Source: a virus (lineage: Duplodnaviria > Caudoviricetes). From it: 60,989 nucleotides of DNA. The translations under genes were made by a program, and so were the position numbers. The notes under the pieces were generated by a model that had not been told where the DNA came from, did no database searches, and was given only the letters and a program-made list of their open reading frames with translations. The DNA is taken from positions 1-60,989 of the IMG/VR virus record IMGVR_UViG_3300033153_004031; one strand, 5' to 3'. Positions 19,641 to 27,880 of this stretch are shown here, one piece after another (position 1 is the first letter of the stretch; the number at the start of each line of letters is the position of its first letter).

Positions 19641-20003
19641 ATGAAACGGGTCTATGTCGCCGGTGCTTACTCAGCAAGTGATGTCATAACGGTGCTGGAT
19701 AACATGCGCGAGGGTATGCGCTTGGCAACCGAGGTATTCCTTTCGGGATTCGCCCCGTTCTGTCCGCATCTGGATTATCATTATCAACTAATGCTCCGGG
19801 GTCACGAGCAGTTGACGGTGGAGGATTACTACCGCTATTCAATGGCTTGGCTGGAAGTAGCTGATGCGGTGCTGGTCGGCCAATGGCGGCTACGGACGAG
19901 TCATGGCACACGGAAAGAAATTAGGCGGGCATCGGAGTTGGGTATCCCGGTGTTTTACAGTATTAAAGACCTCATAGAATGGGGAGGTGGGAATGACCTG
20001 TGA
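19641..20003 (+). CDS. DUF4406/DUF1937-like nucleoside deoxyribosyltransferase-fold protein
   Basis: RVYVAGAYS...FAPFCPH...WLEVADAVL...SHGTRKEIRRASELGIPVF. Confidence 0.8.
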   Translation: MKRVYVAGAYSASDVITVLDNMREGMRLATEVFLSGFAPFCPHLDYHYQLMLRGHEQLTVEDYYRYSMAWLEVADAVLVGQWRLRTSHGTRKEIRRASELGIPVFYSIKDLIEWGGGNDL

Positions 20004-20506
20004 TGAGTGTATCCACGCAAGCGTATGTCGTGTTAGGGATAGCTTCCGTGGGGCGGCTAAGGCCGAATGGGAGATGTTCACGACACCAGAAGAAGAAAGT
20101 AGGCAGTTTTTTGACCCGGAACCCGAGGCGTTTATCGCGGCACTTGAAAAAACAATAGCCGAGCATTGCCACCACTACGAGAGTGAGAGTGGGGATTACA
20201 GGATAAATGGTTCATAATCGTGACATATCTGTGACACTTTTGCGACATGGAGACGAGATGTTAGCCATAGCAAACGATGAACTCGAAAGGGCCAAACCGC
20301 TGGGAAAGACGGTTCTGTGTTGGATGTGCGGTAGGCGGCATAAGGTGCGGTACGGAGACCGGGTAAGAAACGGTGTTTTGGAGAAATCCAACTTGTTGGC
20401 GTATTTTAAGTGTAAGGGAAAGCCGTATGTGTGCGGGATTACTGGCAAAGAAATAAGGCCAAGGCAGGGATGGGGGGGCGATTAAATGGAACCGAAAAGT
20501 GAATAC

Positions 20507-20610
20507 GATGCAGCGGTGTGGTGGGACACATGATAGTCTGCCAAAACTATCAGGCGCGGGTTTTCCTGGTTTTACTCGTAGCCAAGCCGGTTCGAATCCG
20601 GCCTGCACCA
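20507..20610 (+). tRNA. Atypical tRNA-like element (GCC-containing 8-nt anticodon loop, long variable arm)
   Basis: T-arm GCCGG-TTCGAAT-CCGGC; D-arm GTGT/ACAC; 7-bp anticodon stem TGATAGT/ACTATCA around CTGCCAAA; acceptor GATGCAG/CTGCACC with one mismatch. Confidence 0.6.
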
Positions 20611-20631
20611 ACTCTAAACAAGGAGTAAGGG

Positions 20632-21024
20632 ATGGCCACAAATTATTATTTCGCAGATAAAGAGGATAAAATAGTAAGGCATATCGGCAAACGAAATGCT
20701 GCTGGACTGTTTTGTTGGGAATGTAATTTATCGCTATGTGCTGCTGGCAATCATCAGGTGCATCAGAAAAGCAGATGGCTGGACGAGTGTGCTGTATGTG
20801 GACGACAAGAAATAAAAAACAATACAACAAGAAAAGAGGGAGTTGCACGTTGTTCTTCTTTTACTTGGGCTATATCCCCGGGGCTCTTTCAAGATTTGCG
20901 AAAAACTCCGAATCTTATAATCCAGAACGAATATGGAGAAACTCTCACCAGTGGGGAATTTGCTCTCATACTATCAGAATGTCCAATACAGTATTTTGAT
21001 TTAATAGGGGGGGAGTTTTCTTAA
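20632..21024 (+). CDS. Phage protein of unknown function
   Basis: MATNYY...HIGKRNAAG...IQNEYGE; AAGGAG RBS. Confidence 0.75.
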   Translation: MATNYYFADKEDKIVRHIGKRNAAGLFCWECNLSLCAAGNHQVHQKSRWLDECAVCGRQEIKNNTTRKEGVARCSSFTWAISPGLFQDLRKTPNLIIQNEYGETLTSGEFALILSECPIQYFDLIGGEFS

Positions 21025-21258
21025 AGGAATAAGAGATGGATAAGAGATTAGCCGCATATCTATTGGGATTGCTAACAGGCTTGTTAAATACAGGAGTATG
21101 GATTGGTTGTTTAATAAGCCACGAAACCTATTTCTTGGGGTGGGGGATTGTACTAAATATATTTACTTTTATAGGCGTTTGCATCGCGCTCATAAACGAC
21201 GTTTAGGGGGGATTAATTATGATACGATCTATACCAATTCTAAGGAGAGAAGAATAAA

Positions 21259-21549
21259 ATGGAAGAATATCCTAACAGCTGGCAACATTGTATGATTCAT
21301 CTTAATCCAGAAACCGGTGAAATGCACAGCGACGGAGATCATCATGTTCGGGAGTGGATTCAAGACAGGCTGAAGTGTGGAACGGATCAGCCAAATCAAG
21401 GAGAAATTATGCCAGAAATATGGATAGCATTTATCGAAGATTACAGAGAGCATTTAGTATACTTGTCATTACCTGTGATATTGAAAGCTTTTTGGTATTA
21501 TGAAGATAATAAGGCCGAATGCGAGGTGATTTTAGGGATACACAGCTAA
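21259..21549 (+). CDS. Hypothetical protein ending in an attC-like remnant
   Basis: 96 aa; stop TAA lies within CTAAC. Confidence 0.65.
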   Translation: MEEYPNSWQHCMIHLNPETGEMHSDGDHHVREWIQDRLKCGTDQPNQGEIMPEIWIAFIEDYREHLVYLSLPVILKAFWYYEDNKAECEVILGIHS

Positions 21550-21587
21550 CCAGCGCTTGGGATGACCCAAACACGGAGGGCGAAACA

Positions 21588-21779
21588 ATGGCATGTGAAT
21601 TTATCTGTGACGGTTGCGGAAAACGAGCGCCAGCATCTCACAACGGAAGGGAGTGGCTTAAACCGTTTTCGTGGTATCAACGAAGCGATGATGATGGTGT
21701 TCAGGATGCTTGTTGTCGAGAATGCATTGATAAAATCTCAAAAAAGACAGGTACAACATCTGCGGTGTTGCCTGTCTAA
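21588..21779 (+). CDS. Small Zn-binding protein followed by an attC-like site
   Basis: MACEFICDGCG...DACCREC; GGAGG RBS; stop within GTCTAAC. Confidence 0.65.
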   Translation: MACEFICDGCGKRAPASHNGREWLKPFSWYQRSDDDGVQDACCRECIDKISKKTGTTSAVLPV

Positions 21780-21823
21780 CCATCCGCTTGAGATGACCAC
21801 TGGCGGCTCAGCTAAACGCTAAC
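21774..21823. repeat. Degenerate integron attC-like site (partial second copy at 21546-21567)
   Basis: GTCTAAC-CATCCGCTTGAGATGACC...GCGGCTCAGCTAAAC-GCTAAC; R'' box intact, R' GTT degenerated to GCT. Confidence 0.5.
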
Positions 21824-22079
21824 AAGAATAGATATTATAGGGGGAGTAATGGGTAAAAGAAGGGTATGCCCATACTGTAAAGCAGAACTCGTCAGATTAT
21901 CCAGTGCCTGTGCAGACGGTGACGAAGAGTGCGACTGCGACCAGTTTTATCGCTGCCCGCATTGCAATAGAACCTTCTATAAAAACTGTGACGCGCACCG
22001 AGATTATTTTTGGTTTGGCGCGGAGCCGTTGGGGTTGTGATAAAGATATGTTAACAACCATTTAAAGGAGAAGCAACGA

Positions 22080-22331
22080 ATGGACAGACGAAAAGCACTA
22101 GCTTTAATGGGTATTGTAGGTGGAGTATTCATTGCTAAGTGGGGGCGCACAGAGACGACGGCAGAAAACGTGTCCTAGAGGCAATCTTTTTCTTCTCTGC
22201 CTAAATCAATCTTCTTTGAGGAAGATTGTTTGAAAGATATTATTATCGAGCGCTCTAATGGAAAGAAGATTATCATTTCCTTTAGTGAAGTATTCGATGC
22301 ACTGGAAGAAATAGAAAAGGTGAAAAGATGA
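22080..22331 (+). pseudogene. Twin-arginine-like small protein gene with in-frame TAG
   Basis: AAGGAG RBS; MDRRKALALMGIVGGVFIA...NVS-TAG(22176-22178)-RQSF...EIEKVKR-TGA overlapping next ATG. Confidence 0.65.
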
Positions 22332-22527
22332 AACAAGATTATATTTGTCCTATCTTATCTAAAAAATGTCTCAAAACCGTCTGTGAGTGGTATGATCCGA
22401 GCATGAGACAGTGCATCGTGGTCTCTCTTTTTTATAAACTAGATGAGGTACAATCTGAAATACAAGACAGTATCGATAGACAGGGGGGAATCTGGCCTGC
22501 ACCAATTTTCTTAAATGGGGGCTTAAA

Positions 22528-23046
22528 ATGAAAAGGGTTTTTCTTGGCGGGACTTGTAATGAAAGTACTTGGCGGAACAGAATGATGATTCATTTACACG
22601 AAGAAGGGGTTGAATGGTTCAATCCCGTTGTTCCTGATTGGACAGAAGTATGTATGGAAAGAGAGATCAAGGAACGTGAAATTTGTGATTTCGTTCTCTA
22701 TGCAATTACACCGAAAACGACAGGGGTTTATTCTATCGCTGAGGTCATTGATGATAGCAATAAAAGGCCGGGCAAGACCATCTTGGTTTTATTGCGGGCC
22801 GATGGGAATCTCCGTTTTTCAGAAGAACAATGGAAATCGCTGGGTGCTGTAGCAATAATGGTCGCTCGTAATGGTGGCAAGGTTTTCGATAATTTAAAAG
22901 CCGCTGCTGTATACATTGGCAATTCGCACCAAGGGGGTAGAGTTAAATGCGAGTTATTAGACCCGCAAATAAAAGGGTTTCAGGCTACACAAAAGGTGGG
23001 TGTTTATAAAAACCTGGACAGACTAAGGGGAGTGAGGGATGATTGA
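22528..23046 (+). CDS. Nucleoside 2-deoxyribosyltransferase-like protein
   Basis: VFLGGTCNESTWR...WFNPVVPDWT...CDFVLYAITPKTTGVYSIAEVIDDSNKRP. Confidence 0.8.
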   Translation: MKRVFLGGTCNESTWRNRMMIHLHEEGVEWFNPVVPDWTEVCMEREIKEREICDFVLYAITPKTTGVYSIAEVIDDSNKRPGKTILVLLRADGNLRFSEEQWKSLGAVAIMVARNGGKVFDNLKAAAVYIGNSHQGGRVKCELLDPQIKGFQATQKVGVYKNLDRLRGVRDD

Positions 23047-23678
23047 TAATCTATCAACCACATTGCTTGGGGTGACAATTTGGATTGTATCGATAATAGT
23101 ATTATATATGTGTGTTTATCTATGTGTTTTTCATCGGGTTGAAAGAGATGGTGACGGATATTATGGGTGCTTCTTTGTGCCTTTTGTCCTACCATCCGTG
23201 TTTGTGTTAATATTTTTAATGATCTAATAAAGGAGAATGAAATGCCAAAAAAACAGAAAACGACCGAAGGGGATATGTCTTTTGATGGGCGTCTGAGTTT
23301 AATTATTGACAAAGTGGAAGTGTTGATAGATAAAATCATTAATGATTTTGCGCAGCAGCCTATTAGGTCTGGGATCAAGTTGTTCGTTGCTCTCTGGTTT
23401 GCCAGGTCATGTATCAATATTTTTAGGAATAGGAGGTAATACATGTTATCCAAAATTCTTGATATGGGAATTGTGTTGTCTATCTTGTTTGCGGTTAATC
23501 AACTAGTATTGCAACCCCTAGGAAGGGACGTTAATTCGGAAGCTGGGACGGTAACAATTATTTGTGCAGTTGTCTTCTTTGTGTGCCTGTCACTCATTGT
23601 GATCTTCAGGAGCAAGGGGTAGTGTTATATAAAACGCGACCATGTCTACCATGAAAAGCGCGTATTTAAGGAGAGGCC

Positions 23679-24116
23679 ATGAACAAAGAAACGCTGTTAA
23701 GGTTGTTCCAGGAATATGAGGATAAGGATTATCTTGAGTGGGTAGGCACCTGCCACGATTGCGGTGAACCCGTTACGGTGACGGCCATTGTGGTGCCGGA
23801 AGGGGACGGCATTGAAATAACCGGAGGGGTTGTGTATGACTTGCGGGGGATGGACACCGTGGATGACGATTTCATACTAAAGTGCGATGCGTGTTTTGGT
23901 AAGGAGAAAAACCTTGCGAACTTCCAGCCCTGTGAGGTGTATTCCCGCTGTGTTGGCTACATCAGGCCCGTCAAGCAATTTAATCCCGGCAAGCAGGCGG
24001 AGTACGGGGATCGGAAGATGTTTGATATGGATTGGGACGGGTTTGAGCAGGTGGAAACACATGGGTTTGGTTTTTCCGTGTGGAAAAAGAAGGTCGAAGA
24101 AACGGAGTCGTTATGA
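23679..24116 (+). CDS. Stand-alone NrdD-type glycyl-radical domain with N-terminal CxxC pairs
   Basis: CEVYSRCVGYIRPVKQFNPGKQAEYGDRKMF resembles the class III RNR C-terminus; CHDC...CDAC. Confidence 0.8.
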   Translation: MNKETLLRLFQEYEDKDYLEWVGTCHDCGEPVTVTAIVVPEGDGIEITGGVVYDLRGMDTVDDDFILKCDACFGKEKNLANFQPCEVYSRCVGYIRPVKQFNPGKQAEYGDRKMFDMDWDGFEQVETHGFGFSVWKKKVEETESL

Positions 24117-24337
24117 AAAAAACAACGAAGCTCCTAAAGATTAACACCTGCCGCATGTCCCCATTATTGGTTTATTTTGAGTACTGCAAGATGGGCGGGC
24201 GTTCAAAAACACAGATGAGATACAAAACATACCGGAGTGGTGTCTGTTGGAGGATGGGGCGGGATAACCATGTGTTTTTCTATTGACACTTTTGTGAATA
24301 TGTTGATAAACACACACACTTGTTGTGAGGGTGCACT

Positions 24338-24619
24338 ATGGACCGCCGACAATTCTTAAAATGGCTCGTACTCACAACGCCAGGGTTGTACCTTGCCCCG
24401 TCCTTGGTGCTACCGTATAAACCGAAGACGTTTTATTCAATCCCGGGAGATATGTCTGTCGAGGGAATAATGCTCGCCAGAAAAACCATTGATATAGCAG
24501 AGGGTGTGATACCCACTGTTACGATTAGTGGGGCAGAATATTATGTGGTTTACAGCAAAAACTGTTTATTTCTACACGGGGTAGACCCAATACCGCTCCG
24601 TTATTATGATGTTGGGTAG
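24338..24619 (+). CDS. Small protein with twin-arginine-like N-terminus
   Basis: MDRRQFLKWLVLTTPGLYLAP; upstream TTGACA at 24283. Confidence 0.7.
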   Translation: MDRRQFLKWLVLTTPGLYLAPSLVLPYKPKTFYSIPGDMSVEGIMLARKTIDIAEGVIPTVTISGAEYYVVYSKNCLFLHGVDPIPLRYYDVG

Positions 24620-24691
24620 CTGGGATACCACTTGGTGAGGATGGGGCTTGCGAGAGGTTCTGGGACATTGGAAAGCAAAACAAAGGGGTTC

Positions 24692-24719
24692 TTGACAGGG
24701 GTTAAATATATGGTATAGT
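24692..24719 (+). promoter_or_regulatory. Strong sigma-70 promoter with no downstream ORF
   Basis: TTGACA-N16-TATAGT with TGn extended -10. Confidence 0.75.
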
Positions 24720-24723
24720 GACA

Positions 24724-24786
24724 GGTGAAGTTACCAGCTTCAGTTCCCTGCCGTGTGCGGCCTCCGTGCCAAGAACGGCTTTTTTT
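24724..24786 (+). ncRNA. Candidate ~60-nt small RNA ending in an intrinsic terminator
   Basis: Hairpin TGAAG/CTTCA, then GCCGT/ACGGC stem and T7 run. Confidence 0.55.
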
Positions 24787-24789
24787 GTG

Positions 24790-24987
24790 CTACCCCCACT
24801 GTTCGGTGAACACCCTGTTTAACGCCTTTGCAAAACCGTTAACATCGCCCCGGTCTGGCTTGAACGTCAGGTAGGAGCCATCGATAGCGCTCTTCTCCCA
24901 GTCGATTTCCATATCGTACTGGCGCGACAAAAAGACCATTGCATTAAGATGGCGGATGGATTCAAAAAAACCTTGGTCTGTGAACAT
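24790..24987 (-). CDS. Hypothetical protein, last gene of the minus-strand block
   Basis: 65 aa; AGGT RBS. Confidence 0.6.
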   Translation of the reverse strand: MFTDQGFFESIRHLNAMVFLSRQYDMEIDWEKSAIDGSYLTFKPDRGDVNGFAKALNRVFTEQWG

Positions 24988-24989
24988 GA

Positions 24990-25274
24990 TTACCTATCCT
25001 CATCGTTCACATAAACCCCGTCCCACGCCATCCTATCCTTCTCATTCTTGTTTTCATCCTTACCACAGCCACACACCCATTCCCCCCGATGTTTCATGTC
25101 TTCAACCGAGTCCGGGTGGAACCCGAGCATCAGTGCAAGGCGGTCAAACGCTTCGTACAGGTACTCCAAACCAACATCGTCATGGCCCAAATCAAGGGCG
25201 ACAACCTCTGTGATGGGCTTGGATATACCCCGAAACCCATACGGGTTTACATTGTGCTCAATCGTGATTTTCAC
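24990..25274 (-). CDS. Hypothetical protein
   Basis: 94 aa; LALMLGFHPDSV. Confidence 0.65.
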   Translation of the reverse strand: MKITIEHNVNPYGFRGISKPITEVVALDLGHDDVGLEYLYEAFDRLALMLGFHPDSVEDMKHRGEWVCGCGKDENKNEKDRMAWDGVYVNDEDR

Positions 25275-25581
25275 TTGTCCCCCTATTCCACATCAGTACT
25301 GTGGCTACCAGCCGTTCAAGTTCTTTGTCTCCAACGTAAGAGCTTTGCGATAATCTACACAAACATGATTTACACCGGACGCCGATTTGGTTTCCGCTTT
25401 CCCCGTGGCCCCATGTCTCGGGTGACGACCGGAACGCTTCCGGTTTCCCACCGCAAAAAGGGCAGGGCTTTAAGGAGACGCTCTCCATGTAATCAAGGAA
25501 CTGCTTTTTTAGGGTGTCCTGGTGATTCATACTAAAATCCTCATCTTGACCCAGTTGTTGGTTGGTGTTATCTGGAGGCAT
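25258..25581 (-). CDS. Lar-family (restriction alleviation-like) Zn-ribbon protein
   Basis: LKPCPFCGG...VRCKSC...WNR; true start probably the internal MNHQ. Confidence 0.7.
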   Translation of the reverse strand: MPPDNTNQQLGQDEDFSMNHQDTLKKQFLDYMESVSLKPCPFCGGKPEAFRSSPETWGHGESGNQIGVRCKSCLCRLSQSSYVGDKELERLVATVLMWNRGTSENHD

Positions 25582-26321
25582 ATCCCCCCGATCTCTATTG
25601 GTGGGTATCCCTTTATCTCTGAATAACTGGCTACTTCATTGGTGGAGTAGGTTTTCAGATAAGTACCGCACACGCCGATCAGTTGGGGTTTACTCACGAT
25701 ATTATTCCCACTCAGGCCGATCCGGGGTATTCTGTCCGACTTTCTCTGGTGGTCATGCCCGTACAGGTATACATCAGCATCCCAATACTTGAGATCGTGG
25801 CTGTATCGCGTAATGCTGGCCCCTGGTGTGCGTGCTCCTCCCGACCACCCGTGGTGCCAACGGATCACAACGGTCCTGCCCCGGCCACTTTTCTCTCTAA
25901 ACCGTAGGCGGATAAGGCCGGAATACCCAAGATATTCTACGTCCAACTTGGCGCATAACCGCCACGCAGGGTCTGTGCCACACTTTTTTACAATCGTGTC
26001 CTCGTGATTACCTCTCCCCAAGCCGATAATTTTATCCCTGTACGGTTCGAGAATGGCGAATAGTCCCTCTACCTGCTCATCAATTATAGCATCCCCCCCC
26101 GTTGCGTCTGACGATTTGGCGTACCTCCTATCGGTGGTCACAATGGAATCCATCATGTCCCCACCACCGAAAAAATACGTTTTATCATCTGAGTCTTCGA
26201 GGTAGGCTTTTAGGGCTTGAACATCACACAAGGGGTTGCCATAGTGGATGTCGAATAATGGCTTAATCTGAATCGTGTCGCCATACTTGTACGGGATCGT
26301 AAATGTGGCTACTTTCATCAC
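25527..26321 (-). CDS. Calcineurin-like metallophosphoesterase
   Basis: DIHYG, GGDMMD, GNHE, HHG, GHDH motifs. Confidence 0.9.
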   Translation of the reverse strand: MMKVATFTIPYKYGDTIQIKPLFDIHYGNPLCDVQALKAYLEDSDDKTYFFGGGDMMDSIVTTDRRYAKSSDATGGDAIIDEQVEGLFAILEPYRDKIIGLGRGNHEDTIVKKCGTDPAWRLCAKLDVEYLGYSGLIRLRFREKSGRGRTVVIRWHHGWSGGARTPGASITRYSHDLKYWDADVYLYGHDHQRKSDRIPRIGLSGNNIVSKPQLIGVCGTYLKTYSTNEVASYSEIKGYPPIEIGGICLQITPTNNWVKMRILV

Positions 26322-26342
26322 GCCCGGAACTGATAACCGGGG

Positions 26343-26765
26343 CTATACTCCTTTCGCCAATAGTTTGGTTGCAACATCATATGCAAACAGCGTTACCTCG
26401 GAATATCCCTCCGCTTTCATCTCCTCTTTTTGTGGGTCATTGTAGTGTGGTCTTTTGATGTGTCCATATTCATGGGCTAAAAGCTGGATTAGGTCTCTAA
26501 AATCAACCGACTCTTTGTCAACCCACACGTGAAGGTTTTGCTTGTTATCGCAGAAACCCCAACAACCTACACTAGTTATATTGGTAATCATATCTGTAAC
26601 ACTAAGATGATATTCTCCCCCCTGCGCGTCAAATCCACCAATGTCGGCAATATCGCCCAAAGGGCCATATATTGCTTCGGCAACATCCTCTGGTGTGTCG
26701 TATAGGTAGATGTAAATAGGTGCATCTCTATTGACACTGACAACTTCTTTGATTTCCTCACTCAT
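26343..26765 (-). CDS. HExxH zincin-like small protein
   Basis: LLAHEYGH...EEMKAE. Confidence 0.7.
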   Translation of the reverse strand: MSEEIKEVVSVNRDAPIYIYLYDTPEDVAEAIYGPLGDIADIGGFDAQGGEYHLSVTDMITNITSVGCWGFCDNKQNLHVWVDKESVDFRDLIQLLAHEYGHIKRPHYNDPQKEEMKAEGYSEVTLFAYDVATKLLAKGV

Positions 26766-26843
26766 TTTTTAATTGTATCTCCCCGGGTTTGTGATTTGGC
26801 AAAAAAACACAGAATACACAGGACAAAAACTGGTTATCTCATC

Positions 26844-27182
26844 CTATTGGCAAGTGTCCCCTACTGCTTCTATTTCATACTCCCGCACGTCTTCAATTAT
26901 TGAAAGCGGGAATTTTTTTATTGGTCCGTCACGCAAAAACACCCGTGAGCGTGTGAACTCCTGCTCGCACCCCACGCGAATGTCATGCCGACATCTACCC
27001 CAAAAACATTCACCTTCGGGCGATGCGGTAACAAACAGGATCATCCCCACAATGTTTTTATGTGCCTTAAACCGAACCACCTGTCCCTCGTGGAATTTCG
27101 CATATCGCGGGACATCCGGCGAGCACCCCAATACTCCCAGTAGAAAGACAAACAAGACAAGCGTTTTTAATATAATCTTCAT
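26844..27182 (-). CDS. Putative lipoprotein
   Basis: MKIILKTLVLFVFLLGVLGC lipobox. Confidence 0.65.
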   Translation of the reverse strand: MKIILKTLVLFVFLLGVLGCSPDVPRYAKFHEGQVVRFKAHKNIVGMILFVTASPEGECFWGRCRHDIRVGCEQEFTRSRVFLRDGPIKKFPLSIIEDVREYEIEAVGDTCQ

Positions 27183-27880
27183 ATCCCAATCTCCTTTATT
27201 GCCCTCATGATAGGCACAACCACTTGGGGTACTATGGCGTTTCCGAGTGCCCTAAGTCGGTCCACCCAGAAGGATACCCCATTATCCATTCGACAATCTC
27301 CGGTCCTGGCCGAGCGCCAAGTTCCTCTTGGAGGCGTAGTCCACGGTTTTCGGTTAATCGTGGGTGATCTTCCGATCCTGGCGACCTCGTGGAGTCGCTT
27401 GCGACTGGAGTTGGCAATAATGAACACACGCCAGCGTCTATGAGGCAGGCCACAATCTGAAGCCTGTCGTTCAAATCGGGCAGAATAATAGCCAGCTTCC
27501 TCCAAAGATATCGCAACTTGATTTTCCCAGCCTTGGTTGCTGGGAGGCTGTTCAACGATACACCATTCCGGTCTAACCAATCGAATAATTCTGTCCATTT
27601 CAGGATAGAGAGTTTCACCAGTCCGGCATCCTTGTATCGCCGCAGCAACGCTTGTATGTTTGCAGGGTGGGCCTCCCGTGAGAAGATCGATAGTTGTTCC
27701 ATCGTGTTTATACTCCCGGATGTCTGATATTATCGGCACGTCAGGCCAATGCTTCCAAAGTACCTTTTGGCAGAAAGGGTCAATCTCCACAAAAGCATGG
27801 ATGTCATGTTCATCCCCCCATACCCATTGAGCGGCCAAAGTGAAGCCCCCAATGCCGGAAAACAGGTCAAGGTGCTTCAT
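27179..27880 (-). CDS. DNA cytosine-C5 methyltransferase, main polypeptide
   Basis: Motif I DLFSGIGG, IV GGPPC, VI variant IVEQP, VIII PHRRWRVFII, X LRALGNAIVP; motif IX not seen in this frame. Confidence 0.88.
   Translation of the reverse strand: MKHLDLFSGIGGFTLAAQWVWGDEHDIHAFVEIDPFCQKVLWKHWPDVPIISDIREYKHDGTTIDLLTGGPPCKHTSVAAAIQGCRTGETLYPEMDRIIRLVRPEWCIVEQPPSNQGWENQVAISLEEAGYYSARFERQASDCGLPHRRWRVFIIANSSRKRLHEVARIGRSPTINRKPWTTPPRGTWRSARTGDCRMDNGVSFWVDRLRALGNAIVPQVVVPIMRAIKEIGI
27232..27702 (-). CDS. Nested alternative-frame polypeptide carrying C5-MTase motif IX
   Basis: LLPTPVASD...PEIVEWIMGYPSGWTDL; GGAG about 10 nt upstream of ATG. Confidence 0.72.
   Translation of the reverse strand: MEQLSIFSREAHPANIQALLRRYKDAGLVKLSILKWTELFDWLDRNGVSLNSLPATKAGKIKLRYLWRKLAIILPDLNDRLQIVACLIDAGVCSLLPTPVASDSTRSPGSEDHPRLTENRGLRLQEELGARPGPEIVEWIMGYPSGWTDLGHSETP

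Noticed and set aside
20507-20610. The tRNA-like element as the amber suppressor explaining the in-frame TAGs
   Set aside because: Its loop is CTGCCAAA and contains no CTA anticodon.
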